The position numbers and the translations under genes are program-made. DNA of 12,872 bases, from the NCBI GenBank assembly GCA_041736305.1, contig JBGSTX010000311.1, forward strand, positions 1 to 12,872. The letters run 5' to 3'. Numbering within the stretch: the first letter of the stretch is position 1; each line of letters starts with the position of its first letter. Of this stretch, positions 1 through 7,951 are shown piece after piece. The notes under the pieces are model-generated. The model was not told the DNA's origin, searched no databases, and was given only the letters and a program-made list of their open reading frames with translations. The DNA is from Oligoflexus sp. (GTDB lineage Bacteria > Bdellovibrionota_B > Oligoflexia > Oligoflexales > Oligoflexaceae).

Positions 1-1086
1 GAAACCTTCGACTCCCGTTTTGCTGTGATACGCTCTCTCGGTCGGCAAGCAGCGGGACTTGCCACGTCTCTTGTAGTCGAAAATTATCCCTACACCAAGG
101 TCCTCGAGCCTGGCTTAACGGCAGTCGACGGAGCGATCGCTCATTTCTACTCGCAGAAGCACCACTTTCGCATTGATGAGCTCAATCTCGATCCGGAAGT
201 TACGAGTCTTGTCGAAGGCACGTCGTTTACTGATACTAGGTTCAAGCTCCTTAAGACCTCCAGCTACGACTACGCTTCGGGTGGCATTATCAGTACCTTC
301 GGCTTTCTTCGCCGCTTCGACAAGCAGCGTACCCGTGCGAATGAGCTTTATAAGCGCCTCCTCTGCCGTGAGTTCACGGCCGACCTGCCGAGGGTTTTCC
401 CACAGGATCCAGGTAACCTGCGCATAGCTCCAGGCTGTACCAATTGCCACTCGGTACTAGACCCTCTCGCTGACTTTTTTCTCGCCTGGGGCGAAGGAGC
501 TTCTCTCTATAGCGGAGGCCAGGCCCCCGTCAGTACCTTTTTTAATGGCAAGTCGGGAAGTAGCGTCGCTGAGCTTGCCGAAATCATTCGAGGCGATCAG
601 GCCTTCGCAACCTGCACTGTGCAGAACGTCTGGTACTGGCTGGTGGGAAGGAAGTTTTTCAAAGATGAAGAAGCTCTGCGCACAGCCCTTACCCAGTACT
701 TCGTTACGAGCAACTTTAGCTTTCGCGAGTTGGTCTATGCGATATCAACTCACTCTGTCTTTCTTGAAGGAAGTCGCGCCGATGGTCTCACCTCGGAGCC
801 TCTCGAAGCGCCACCTCTAGGTACTGCACCTGTAGAAGCGCCTCTGCAGTGCGATCGTCCCTACACTTTTGCTGCAGATGTTGCACCCCGTCTGAACCTT
901 TGCTCGAATTGCCACTATGCTGGTGGCGAGGGTCGTCAAGATCTTACGAGCGAATCGCAGTGGAGGGTTTGGGGTGTTACGGCTGTAAAAATGATGGGCT
1001 CCGGGCAGATGCCTCCAGGGCCCTCTCGTTCCGAAACCGTAGATTTAAAGAATGCAGTCCGTTGTTGGATGGAGCAAAACCCATGA
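1..1086 (+). CDS. DUF1588/DUF1585-like protein with two CxxCH heme c motifs and a C-terminal cytochrome c-like domain (5'-truncated by the window edge)
   Basis: Frame 1 is open from base 1 (ETFDSRFAVIRSLG...), so the GTG at 25 is probably internal. 'RANELYKRLLC...PGCTNCHSVLDPLA' resembles DUF1588 (CxxCH at 436-450). 'VAELAEII...FATCTVQNVWYWLVGR...FRELVYAI' resembles DUF1585. After a Pro-rich linker comes 'YTFAADVAPRLNLCSNCH...GQMPP' (CxxCH at 901-915, candidate axial Met at 1009-1011). Family assignments are by motif recognition, not HMM search. Confidence 0.75.
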   Translation, partial: ETFDSRFAVIRSLGRQAAGLATSLVVENYPYTKVLEPGLTAVDGAIAHFYSQKHHFRIDELNLDPEVTSLVEGTSFTDTRFKLLKTSSYDYASGGIISTFGFLRRFDKQRTRANELYKRLLCREFTADLPRVFPQDPGNLRIAPGCTNCHSVLDPLADFFLAWGEGASLYSGGQAPVSTFFNGKSGSSVAELAEIIRGDQAFATCTVQNVWYWLVGRKFFKDEEALRTALTQYFVTSNFSFRELVYAISTHSVFLEGSRADGLTSEPLEAPPLGTAPVEAPLQCDRPYTFAADVAPRLNLCSNCHYAGGEGRQDLTSESQWRVWGVTAVKMMGSGQMPPGPSRSETVDLKNAVRCWMEQNP

Positions 1087-2462
1087 AAATAGATCCAAAG
1101 CTTCTCAAGAATAATCTTCTTTATGGCAGCGGTCACGCCCATGTCTGCCACCCAAGTCAAATGATTGAGCTCAATCGGCGCGAGTTATTTAAGACAGGAG
1201 TCAGCCTCAGTGGCTTTGCTCTCGCATCCGGTCTATTGAAGGCCGGCGAAGCCCAGGCGCAGACTCATGCCTATCCGCCTCAGCGACGCCTCATTTGGAT
1301 CAATATGAGCGGCGGCTGGGATGTCCTGGAGGTCACAGACCCTAAGCCCGCTTCTACTCCCGGCATCGATATGATGTATGAGTGGGGTCTAGCACAAACC
1401 TTGACTGGTACTTCAGGTACTGATCGAATAGGACGTTGGATGGGCCGTCTTGCAGCTCACGGTCAGGAAGTTCTCGTCGTGCGTGGGCTCGGAATGGGAA
1501 CCACCTCCCACATGGCTGGCGCTGTGTATATGGATACAGGAATCTTAAGCAACTCAGGTACCGTCAACTCAGCCTCGATACCGGCTATCGTCGCCTCAGA
1601 AAGTGAAGCCACGATTCCCATCATTCAACTCAACGGTGGCAGTGAACCAAAAATCGATCGCGGTCTCTTGAGCCCAGTCTCGACCGTGCGCGCCCAAAAT
1701 CTGGAGCTTTATCGCTCTATGTATCCTCAGACTGACGAAGAACTTGCGCAAAAACTCATGATTCTCGATCATCTCAAAAATTCCGTCGATCGAGTTCAAA
1801 GTAAGAGCGGAAGCTACGATCGGCTGAGTGCTGTAGGTACTGCAGAACAAAAGATTCGGATTCAATTTCAGAACGACGTGGGGGCGAAACTAGCTCTGAC
1901 CGACGCGGACCGTGCCCCGTTCACAATCAATCCCCCAAGGACTATAAATAACGGTCAGCGTGATGCCTTTGCACTCTCCCTTAAACTGTTGAAAAACAAT
2001 TTGGTTACCTGTCTAAACTTAGGTGTCGGTGGCTTTGATACGCATGCGAACCAGGAGCGTCAACTACAGGGAACGCTCGATAACTTCGACTATCTCTTGG
2101 CGACCTTAGTCACCGAACTCAAGGCCGTAAACCAGCTCGACAACACGTTGATCGTCGTATATTCTGATTTTGGACGCACCCCAAAAATTAATAACAGCGC
2201 TGGGCGCGATCATTGGCCGGTTGGTGGAGCTCTCATGGTGGGTGGTGGAATCGCAGGAGGGCGCTTCGTCGGCGTCACCGACAGTAACCTCCGCTCCGTG
2301 AATATCAATGCCAACACAGGTGAAGCGGATCCTGCAGGCATCGATTTCAACCCTACGCATCTGGGGGGGAGCGTGCTAGCTCTGACTCTAGGTAGCGCCT
2401 ATCTCCCCTATCGTACATATCTTGAAGCCCTGCCAGCCCTCACTCGCCTAAAGGGGACATGA
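1083..2462 (+). CDS. DUF1501 family protein (alkaline phosphatase/sulfatase-like motifs) with a twin-arginine signal peptide
   Basis: The ATG at 1083 overlaps the upstream TGA (ATGA) and has GGAG 8 nt upstream; there is an alternative ATG at 1161. Tat-like 'NRRELFK' is followed by a hydrophobic stretch and AQA. Motifs typical of DUF1501: 'LIWINMSGGWD', 'TTSH', 'GGFDTHANQ', 'LDNTLIVVYSDFGRTPKIN...GRDHW', 'GGGIAGG'. Confidence 0.88.
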   Translation: MKIDPKLLKNNLLYGSGHAHVCHPSQMIELNRRELFKTGVSLSGFALASGLLKAGEAQAQTHAYPPQRRLIWINMSGGWDVLEVTDPKPASTPGIDMMYEWGLAQTLTGTSGTDRIGRWMGRLAAHGQEVLVVRGLGMGTTSHMAGAVYMDTGILSNSGTVNSASIPAIVASESEATIPIIQLNGGSEPKIDRGLLSPVSTVRAQNLELYRSMYPQTDEELAQKLMILDHLKNSVDRVQSKSGSYDRLSAVGTAEQKIRIQFQNDVGAKLALTDADRAPFTINPPRTINNGQRDAFALSLKLLKNNLVTCLNLGVGGFDTHANQERQLQGTLDNFDYLLATLVTELKAVNQLDNTLIVVYSDFGRTPKINNSAGRDHWPVGGALMVGGGIAGGRFVGVTDSNLRSVNINANTGEADPAGIDFNPTHLGGSVLALTLGSAYLPYRTYLEALPALTRLKGT

Positions 2463-2497
2463 AAAGCGATGTGGGCTGAAGCTGAGTTAGGAATAAT

Positions 2498-3646
2498 ATG
2501 AGAAGGATCGCAAAGCTGCTGCTTGGGACTCTGGCCTTCAGATCGCTTTCGGCCCAGGCAGATGTCCTCGAAGAGAGAAACTGGCAAGTTATTTCCGAAC
2601 AAGTACGTAATCCTTTTCAATTAAATCCTGCCGCGCTCGCCACCTCAGAGACGGTCGTCAGCCTCATGCAGCTGACGGGGACGGAAGAAGCTAAGTACAT
2701 CTTCAATCCAAACAACAACGCGGCCAAAGTCGAGCACAAGACTAAAGTCAAAGACATAGCTCTCGGAACTCAGTATCCTCTAGGTGGCGCTGCTGTGGGA
2801 TTCGTTGTCGATCAGTACGACCGTGTAGTCAAGGCTAAGCATGAAAACCGGGGCAGTGCTGTAGAAGAAAACTTCAGTCTCCGCGAATACAAGATGAACT
2901 TCGCCATCGATCTTATTTCCGAGCTGCAGGCCGCCTTTAGTTTTCGCTACCAGACATTAGAATCCGATCTATTTGGCTCACATTTCCTTAGTAATGAAGA
3001 CAAAACCCACTACGAAGGTAATCGCTCAGGATATGCAATCGGTGGTCTCTACCAACTGAAGAGTATGGGCATAGGCGTTTACACGGCTCGGCCTCTCCGG
3101 GGTAAGGCAACCATCGAAGGCGAGCAAAAGATCATCTCCGATCCCGGCTACGATGGATTGGACTTCGGCCTCGATCTCAACGAGCGCATCAAGCTTAAGC
3201 TCAGTGCCCTGCGTTGGACCTATAAACGAGATGATCGGGACGACGATTCAACGAGTCCCGTCGATCAGCGCGGTATTCTCTTGCGTGGACTTGAAATCGA
3301 TCAGTATTATCGCAAAACCCAGGCCCTGGGGTTGGGGGGTGAATTTCTGCTCACTCCTGTCGTCGCCATCAAAGCGAGTTGGACGATGCAAAAAGGAGTG
3401 TTTCTCTTCGATTCCAAAGCCTTGCCCGGGCAAAAAGAAAACCTGGAGACATCCATGAACTACGGCGACCTCAAGGGAGGTGTCAGTGTTCGCAATCGGG
3501 AATTTATGGTCGAATTAATGTTCAGCCGTTATCAGCGCGAGAAGGATACGATAAACGTCGGGCGCGGCGATGTGGGTCTCAATCAGCTAGGCTCTTACGA
3601 AGCTTCCCGCTACGGCGTCCTGCTCAATCTCGGAGCTGCTTTCTGA
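2498..3646 (+). CDS. Putative outer-membrane beta-barrel protein (FadL/PorV-like N-terminal NPA motif)
   Basis: AGGA RBS upstream. Sec signal peptide (MRRIAKLLLGTLAFRSLSAQA). 'LNPAAL' near the mature N-terminus (NPA at 2624-2632). Many alternating amphipathic strands. C-terminal 'YGVLLNLGAAF' ends in Phe, matching a BAM beta-signal. Confidence 0.72.
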   Translation: MRRIAKLLLGTLAFRSLSAQADVLEERNWQVISEQVRNPFQLNPAALATSETVVSLMQLTGTEEAKYIFNPNNNAAKVEHKTKVKDIALGTQYPLGGAAVGFVVDQYDRVVKAKHENRGSAVEENFSLREYKMNFAIDLISELQAAFSFRYQTLESDLFGSHFLSNEDKTHYEGNRSGYAIGGLYQLKSMGIGVYTARPLRGKATIEGEQKIISDPGYDGLDFGLDLNERIKLKLSALRWTYKRDDRDDDSTSPVDQRGILLRGLEIDQYYRKTQALGLGGEFLLTPVVAIKASWTMQKGVFLFDSKALPGQKENLETSMNYGDLKGGVSVRNREFMVELMFSRYQREKDTINVGRGDVGLNQLGSYEASRYGVLLNLGAAF

Positions 3647-3657
3647 TATCTTGAGAA

Positions 3658-5337
3658 TTAAAACTGGCTCCTGTCATTTCTTTGGTTGGCACTGGGATAG
3701 GTCGCCAAGACCTTCTGAAGTTCGGGAATGCCCGATTCTGCTTCAACCTTGCGCGTTAAGGTTACTTTAGGAAGGAACACCAAAGGTACAGCTGGGACAT
3801 CGCTCAAAAACTGGTGTTCAAGCCGGCTGAACAGTCTCAGCAGATGGCTGGCATCAGGCTCTCTCATCATTGTTTCAAGCAAGCGATTGACGGAAGTTTG
3901 TTCCCAGCCGCTGAAGTTAGAACCTATGTAACTGTTGTCTGAATTAGGGATGGCCAGCCCGTGAAAGAGATGAATGGGTGGCGAAAGTGGTGGCAATCGC
4001 CAGCGCATGCAGGCGGCGTCTTTGAAGCGGAGGTGCCCTAAAGTCTGTCGGAGAAAATCGGCTTCAGGAAGCGTTTCTACGGTCAAAGCTATGCCGACAT
4101 TCTCTAGGTCCTCAGCTACGGGTTTGGCCCAGCCGTTTTTTAGCCGTTCCTCGGTGCAGCTCAGACTGATCGTGAGTTTCTCCCCTCGCTCGTTATAGCG
4201 CCAGCCATCTTCCCGCTTCTTCCAATTCGCCGCGTCCAAGAGCTGCTCGGACAGCTCTTTTTGAAAAGCCAGAGGAATCTTTTCTCCGGTTCGACGGCTT
4301 TGTTCGCTATAAAAGAGCCCGTCGGTAGTCTGAGCTCCACTCCGAAAGTATTCCTTATTAATCCTCGAACGATCTATTGCATGAAAAAGGGCCTGACGCA
4401 TCGAAGGATTGACGAGGGTGGGGCTTCTCATGTTGAGCACGAGCAGTTCTAAAGTCTCACCTTCACTCAGACCGATTTCGTAGCGATTATTTAGGTCGGG
4501 GATACCTTCATTGAGGGTCCGCAACTGATCCCAGCTCAGTTGTCCTGAGAAGGTTTGGTCTACTTCGCTTTTTCGCAACGCATCGGCAAGATGCGGGAGT
4601 TTCGCAAAGAAACGAACGTCGAGCTTTTGGCTGGGGCTCACTTCCCACTCATTTTCTCTATTTGGTTCTAAATTTAGTCTGTCTGCTGTCGCATCACTTA
4701 CCCGATAGGAACCATAATAGAGGCCCGGATCGCGCAAGAGTCGCGCGTATTCTTTGTCCTCAGGCTTAAGCTGCAGGAGCTTCTTGAGCACATCTTCCTT
4801 GTGTTTGGGCAGAAGGCTGATGGCAAAAATCTGTGCCGCATCCGCTCGGCGATGCTGCAACACGAGCGTCAGTTTATTGTCCTGCTCGGTGTTCATCTCG
4901 ATTCTTTGGATAGGAAGGATGGGATGCTGCCCCTTAGGGTAATCCCCACGGGCCATGAATTCGAGCGTAAACTTCACATCTTCGCGGGTAAGAGCTCGGC
5001 CATCGCCCCACGAGAGATTTTTCTTGAGAACAAGCGACGTGATCTGACTGCTGCTCTTTCCTTTGCTCTTTCTTATAAGGGATTCAGGTGCTTCTTTGCA
5101 GAGATTGCAGGCGATGCGTCCTGAATGTTGCAGATAGAGGATGGGAGGGTTTACGAGCATATTGATGCCATGAGCTTCCCCCGCATATTGCTTGAGCGGG
5201 ACGACGTCTTCAAGCGAGCCGAGGCTGCCAATAGTAAAGGGCCGCGGTCCCGGGGCAGCGGAAGCGGCGAAAGCCGAAGAAAAAGCTACGATCAGGGCTG
5301 TCACTATACTTCTTGCTTTAAGAAAGCGGCGCGTCAT
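3658..5337 (-). CDS. ABC transporter solute-binding protein, family 5 (peptide/nickel; OppA/DppA/AppA-like)
   Basis: Signal peptide. Family 5 features: 'LKKNLSWGDGRALTREDVKFT', 'YGSYRV', 'LVLNMRSPTLVNPSMRQALFHAIDR', 'LLDAANWKKREDGWRYNERGEKL', 'GSNFSGW...VNRLL', 'DVPAVPL'. Confidence 0.88.
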   Translation of the reverse strand: MTRRFLKARSIVTALIVAFSSAFAASAAPGPRPFTIGSLGSLEDVVPLKQYAGEAHGINMLVNPPILYLQHSGRIACNLCKEAPESLIRKSKGKSSSQITSLVLKKNLSWGDGRALTREDVKFTLEFMARGDYPKGQHPILPIQRIEMNTEQDNKLTLVLQHRRADAAQIFAISLLPKHKEDVLKKLLQLKPEDKEYARLLRDPGLYYGSYRVSDATADRLNLEPNRENEWEVSPSQKLDVRFFAKLPHLADALRKSEVDQTFSGQLSWDQLRTLNEGIPDLNNRYEIGLSEGETLELLVLNMRSPTLVNPSMRQALFHAIDRSRINKEYFRSGAQTTDGLFYSEQSRRTGEKIPLAFQKELSEQLLDAANWKKREDGWRYNERGEKLTISLSCTEERLKNGWAKPVAEDLENVGIALTVETLPEADFLRQTLGHLRFKDAACMRWRLPPLSPPIHLFHGLAIPNSDNSYIGSNFSGWEQTSVNRLLETMMREPDASHLLRLFSRLEHQFLSDVPAVPLVFLPKVTLTRKVEAESGIPELQKVLATYPSANQRNDRSQF

Positions 5338-5474
5338 CTAGTTTTAACCCCCACTAGGCATCGGAATATCTTAATGGAAGGGAAGCCTGCCGCCAATGGC
5401 AATTGGTCTAGGCCAAATTGTTGGTGCTTTCATAAGACAGGAGAGACTTCGCTCTTTATTTCAATGATTGCGGC

Positions 5475-5510
5475 CTGAAGCCTAAGAGAAAGCAGGAGCC
5501 TTGGCTTCAG
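5475..5510. promoter_or_regulatory. Inverted repeat in the divergent intergenic region (possible operator or RNA hairpin)
   Basis: CTGAAGCC (5475-5482) and GGCTTCAG (5503-5510) form a perfect 8-bp inverted repeat with a 20-nt spacer, extendable inward by AAG/CTT with a one-base bulge. Function is inferred only. Confidence 0.3.
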
Positions 5511-5566
5511 AAAGCGGCGGTTTTGCCGAAGAGCCTGAGGAGCAGTCAAGCTAATGAGGAGCGTTC

Positions 5567-7951
5567 ATGAAACGGAATCCTGGACAGTGGTTACACAGTC
5601 CACCTATCAGCCTACGATGGATTATCTTTATCGTGGGATTTTGGGTTAGCGTGTTCATGCTCATTAGTTTTTCTAAGGTTTCCTATCAGGCAGAGTCGCG
5701 GGTAGAGGCACCCTTACTCTACGCCATTCGTGATAGGGTAGGACTAAGTCCCGCGCTTGATCCCCACCTGAAGATCTATGGCTTTGACGACAAGACTGTC
5801 TCGACCTTACGCCGCGCTCGACTAAGCTATAAAGAGTGGGCTGAGTTGATTGAAAGTTTGGATAGCCGCCGACCCAAGGTTATCATCATCGATGCGCTTT
5901 TCTCGGTTGTCCAGAGCGTCTATGACGAGAGTGATGTATCGCATCAAGAGATGGTTGAGCGCATTAGCCGACTGAATACTCCGGTAGTAGTCGGTGCCTA
6001 CGCTATTCCTGGAAAGCTGCCCGACCGTGTACCTCTCGATGAAACCGATCCTTCGCAAGATCTCACGAAATACATTCACAATTACAACAGCCATACTCTT
6101 TCACCGAAGGAACAAGCTTCACAGCTTACTCTAGCCGATTTTGTCGGTAATAGCGTGTACGGTCCGGAGCCGGATGTGCGCGCTGCCTTTAAAAGAATTG
6201 GCCATATTCTCTATGGACAGCGCGAAGGTAGGTTCTATCCTTTTCTTCGGCTAAGCGACACGCGAGGCTTGCCTTACCTGATGTTGCGAGCTTTTGATGA
6301 TGTTGTATTCCGTCAGGGACATCTTTTTGCGGGAGGAGCAGAAATTCCCGTTTCCAGTGATGGTAGCGCGTTTATCAACTTCAGCAACGTCAAAGAATTT
6401 TCGAAAAACGTTCTTTCTATGCGGAGTTTGCTCTCGCCGAATACCCGGGATGCGGCTCTTCAGGATGTGGCCGCAGGCGACTACGTTTACATAATCCCTA
6501 TGCACTTTACTGGGAACACCGATTTCAAACCGACCCCCATCGGACTTATTCCAGGTGCCTATACTCATCTCGCGGTCCTCAACAGCATATTAAAAAAGCA
6601 GCCGCTTCGACCCATAGAGGCTGCTCCTTTACTTATCGTCCTTTTTGCATCTGCTGCAGCTCTGCTAGCTTGGTGGCTATCTCCTGTTCCTCTGTTTTTT
6701 AGCTTAATTACGCTCTTCAGCCTTTGGACGGGCGTTTGGATAGGAGCCTTCATCACGATAGGTTGGGTTTTCCCCTGGTTGCTGCCAAACCTCACTCTCC
6801 TCGGCGTCGGCTTCTCTCTTCTCATGCATAGGACTCGTGAGTCTGAGCGCAAATCCCAGTACGTGCGTCAAGCATTTGAGGGAGCCGTGCAGCCCCAAGT
6901 CCTCACGAAGCTGCAGGCTCATCCCGAAAAACTTTCGTTTGAGGCACGCGAGCGTGTCGTCAGCGTGATGTTCGTCGACATCGTCGGATTTTCGATGATG
7001 GTTGAAAACCAGCTGCCACGATTAGCCTTCGAAAGCTTGCGCGAACTCATCGAAAGCATTACGGCCATCGTTCACGAATACGGTGGAATGGTCAACAAAA
7101 CTCTAGGCGACGGATTACTCTGCTTTTTCGGCTATTCCTTCGAAGAAGACCGGGAACGTTCCGATCATGCGGAGATGGCTTTGCTCGCGGCTGCTAAGAT
7201 TCAAAAAAGTAACGTTCCACGAATGATCAGAGCCGCCAGAAACCGCGAACCGGTCTTTCCTTTACGCATCGGCATCAATACAGCTGCTGTCTTTATGGGC
7301 AACCTCGGCTCGGGTCAGCGCCTTGACTTCACCGTTATCGGTAATGGAGTTAACTTCGCAAAACGACTCGAGGGTGCTTGCATGCCTCATTCCATCTTAG
7401 TGGGCCCGACTACTAAGGAGCTTGTCGAACCGCTGGGCGGTCTGGACCGCGCTAAGCGGCGTATGATCGCTATCAAGCATCACAGTGAAATGGTCGAAGC
7501 TTGGGAGTACGACCCTTTTGCCCAAGATCCAGAGCTTCGCGTTCAAGCTGAAGAAGCTTATCGTTCGACCACCTATCTTACGCGGATTGAACGTCGTTGG
7601 ACCATTGCGAATCCAGGCAACATCACTTTCACATCCGCTTTAGGTGAATCGAGTCTCGTCAATTTTTCAGCCACTGGTATGAGCCTGGTTATGAAAAATT
7701 TGGTTTCACGTGGTACTAAGTTGGAAGTTCAGCTCGATTCATTGGATAGCTCGCTGGGCAAGCAGCTCTCAGCTTTCGGCTTACAGAAGTTTCAAGTTGA
7801 GGTACGCTGGGTGCAGAACCACGAAAACGGTTATCTGCACGGAGTCCGTTATCTGGATCTCGACACGCGGCAAACCGACCTCATCACGGACCTTTTATGT
7901 CAATTCGGACTAGAAAAGCGCGACGGATCTGGGTCGAGGGAAGCCTCTTAG
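5567..7951 (+). CDS. Membrane-bound CHASE2 sensor - class III adenylate cyclase - PilZ domain fusion protein
   Basis: GAGGAG RBS 5 nt upstream. N-terminal TM helix, then CHASE2 hallmarks ('GFDDKT', 'WAELIESL...PKVIIIDALFS', 'DFKPTPIGLIPGAYTHLAVLNSIL') and three TM helices. Cyclase motifs 'VMFVDIVGFS', 'NKTLGDG', 'LRIGINT', 'GNLGS...LDFTVIGNGVNFAKRLE'. C-terminal PilZ motifs RIERR (7583-7597), NFSATG (7661-7678), 'VEVRWV' and 'HGVRY'. Confidence 0.9.
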   Translation: MKRNPGQWLHSPPISLRWIIFIVGFWVSVFMLISFSKVSYQAESRVEAPLLYAIRDRVGLSPALDPHLKIYGFDDKTVSTLRRARLSYKEWAELIESLDSRRPKVIIIDALFSVVQSVYDESDVSHQEMVERISRLNTPVVVGAYAIPGKLPDRVPLDETDPSQDLTKYIHNYNSHTLSPKEQASQLTLADFVGNSVYGPEPDVRAAFKRIGHILYGQREGRFYPFLRLSDTRGLPYLMLRAFDDVVFRQGHLFAGGAEIPVSSDGSAFINFSNVKEFSKNVLSMRSLLSPNTRDAALQDVAAGDYVYIIPMHFTGNTDFKPTPIGLIPGAYTHLAVLNSILKKQPLRPIEAAPLLIVLFASAAALLAWWLSPVPLFFSLITLFSLWTGVWIGAFITIGWVFPWLLPNLTLLGVGFSLLMHRTRESERKSQYVRQAFEGAVQPQVLTKLQAHPEKLSFEARERVVSVMFVDIVGFSMMVENQLPRLAFESLRELIESITAIVHEYGGMVNKTLGDGLLCFFGYSFEEDRERSDHAEMALLAAAKIQKSNVPRMIRAARNREPVFPLRIGINTAAVFMGNLGSGQRLDFTVIGNGVNFAKRLEGACMPHSILVGPTTKELVEPLGGLDRAKRRMIAIKHHSEMVEAWEYDPFAQDPELRVQAEEAYRSTTYLTRIERRWTIANPGNITFTSALGESSLVNFSATGMSLVMKNLVSRGTKLEVQLDSLDSSLGKQLSAFGLQKFQVEVRWVQNHENGYLHGVRYLDLDTRQTDLITDLLCQFGLEKRDGSGSREAS

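Noticed and set aside
849-1082. ORF-track N-terminal extension of the DUF1501 gene (MRSSLHFCCRCC...)
   Set aside because: It overlaps the cytochrome domain of gene 1 in another frame. The ATG at 1083 has an RBS and ATGA coupling, so the Cys-rich extension is a shadow translation.
5320-5337. MTRRFL(K) at the start of the solute-binding protein as a Tat motif
   Set aside because: The spacing differs from S/T-R-R-x-F-L-K, and the rest looks like an ordinary Sec signal. It cannot be supported without prediction tools.
5380-5420. Possible sigma54 promoters around TGGC motifs
   Set aside because: None of the TGGC-anchored candidates I checked on either strand has GC at the required GG-N10-GC spacing. 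The nearest has TTCC instead of TTGC.
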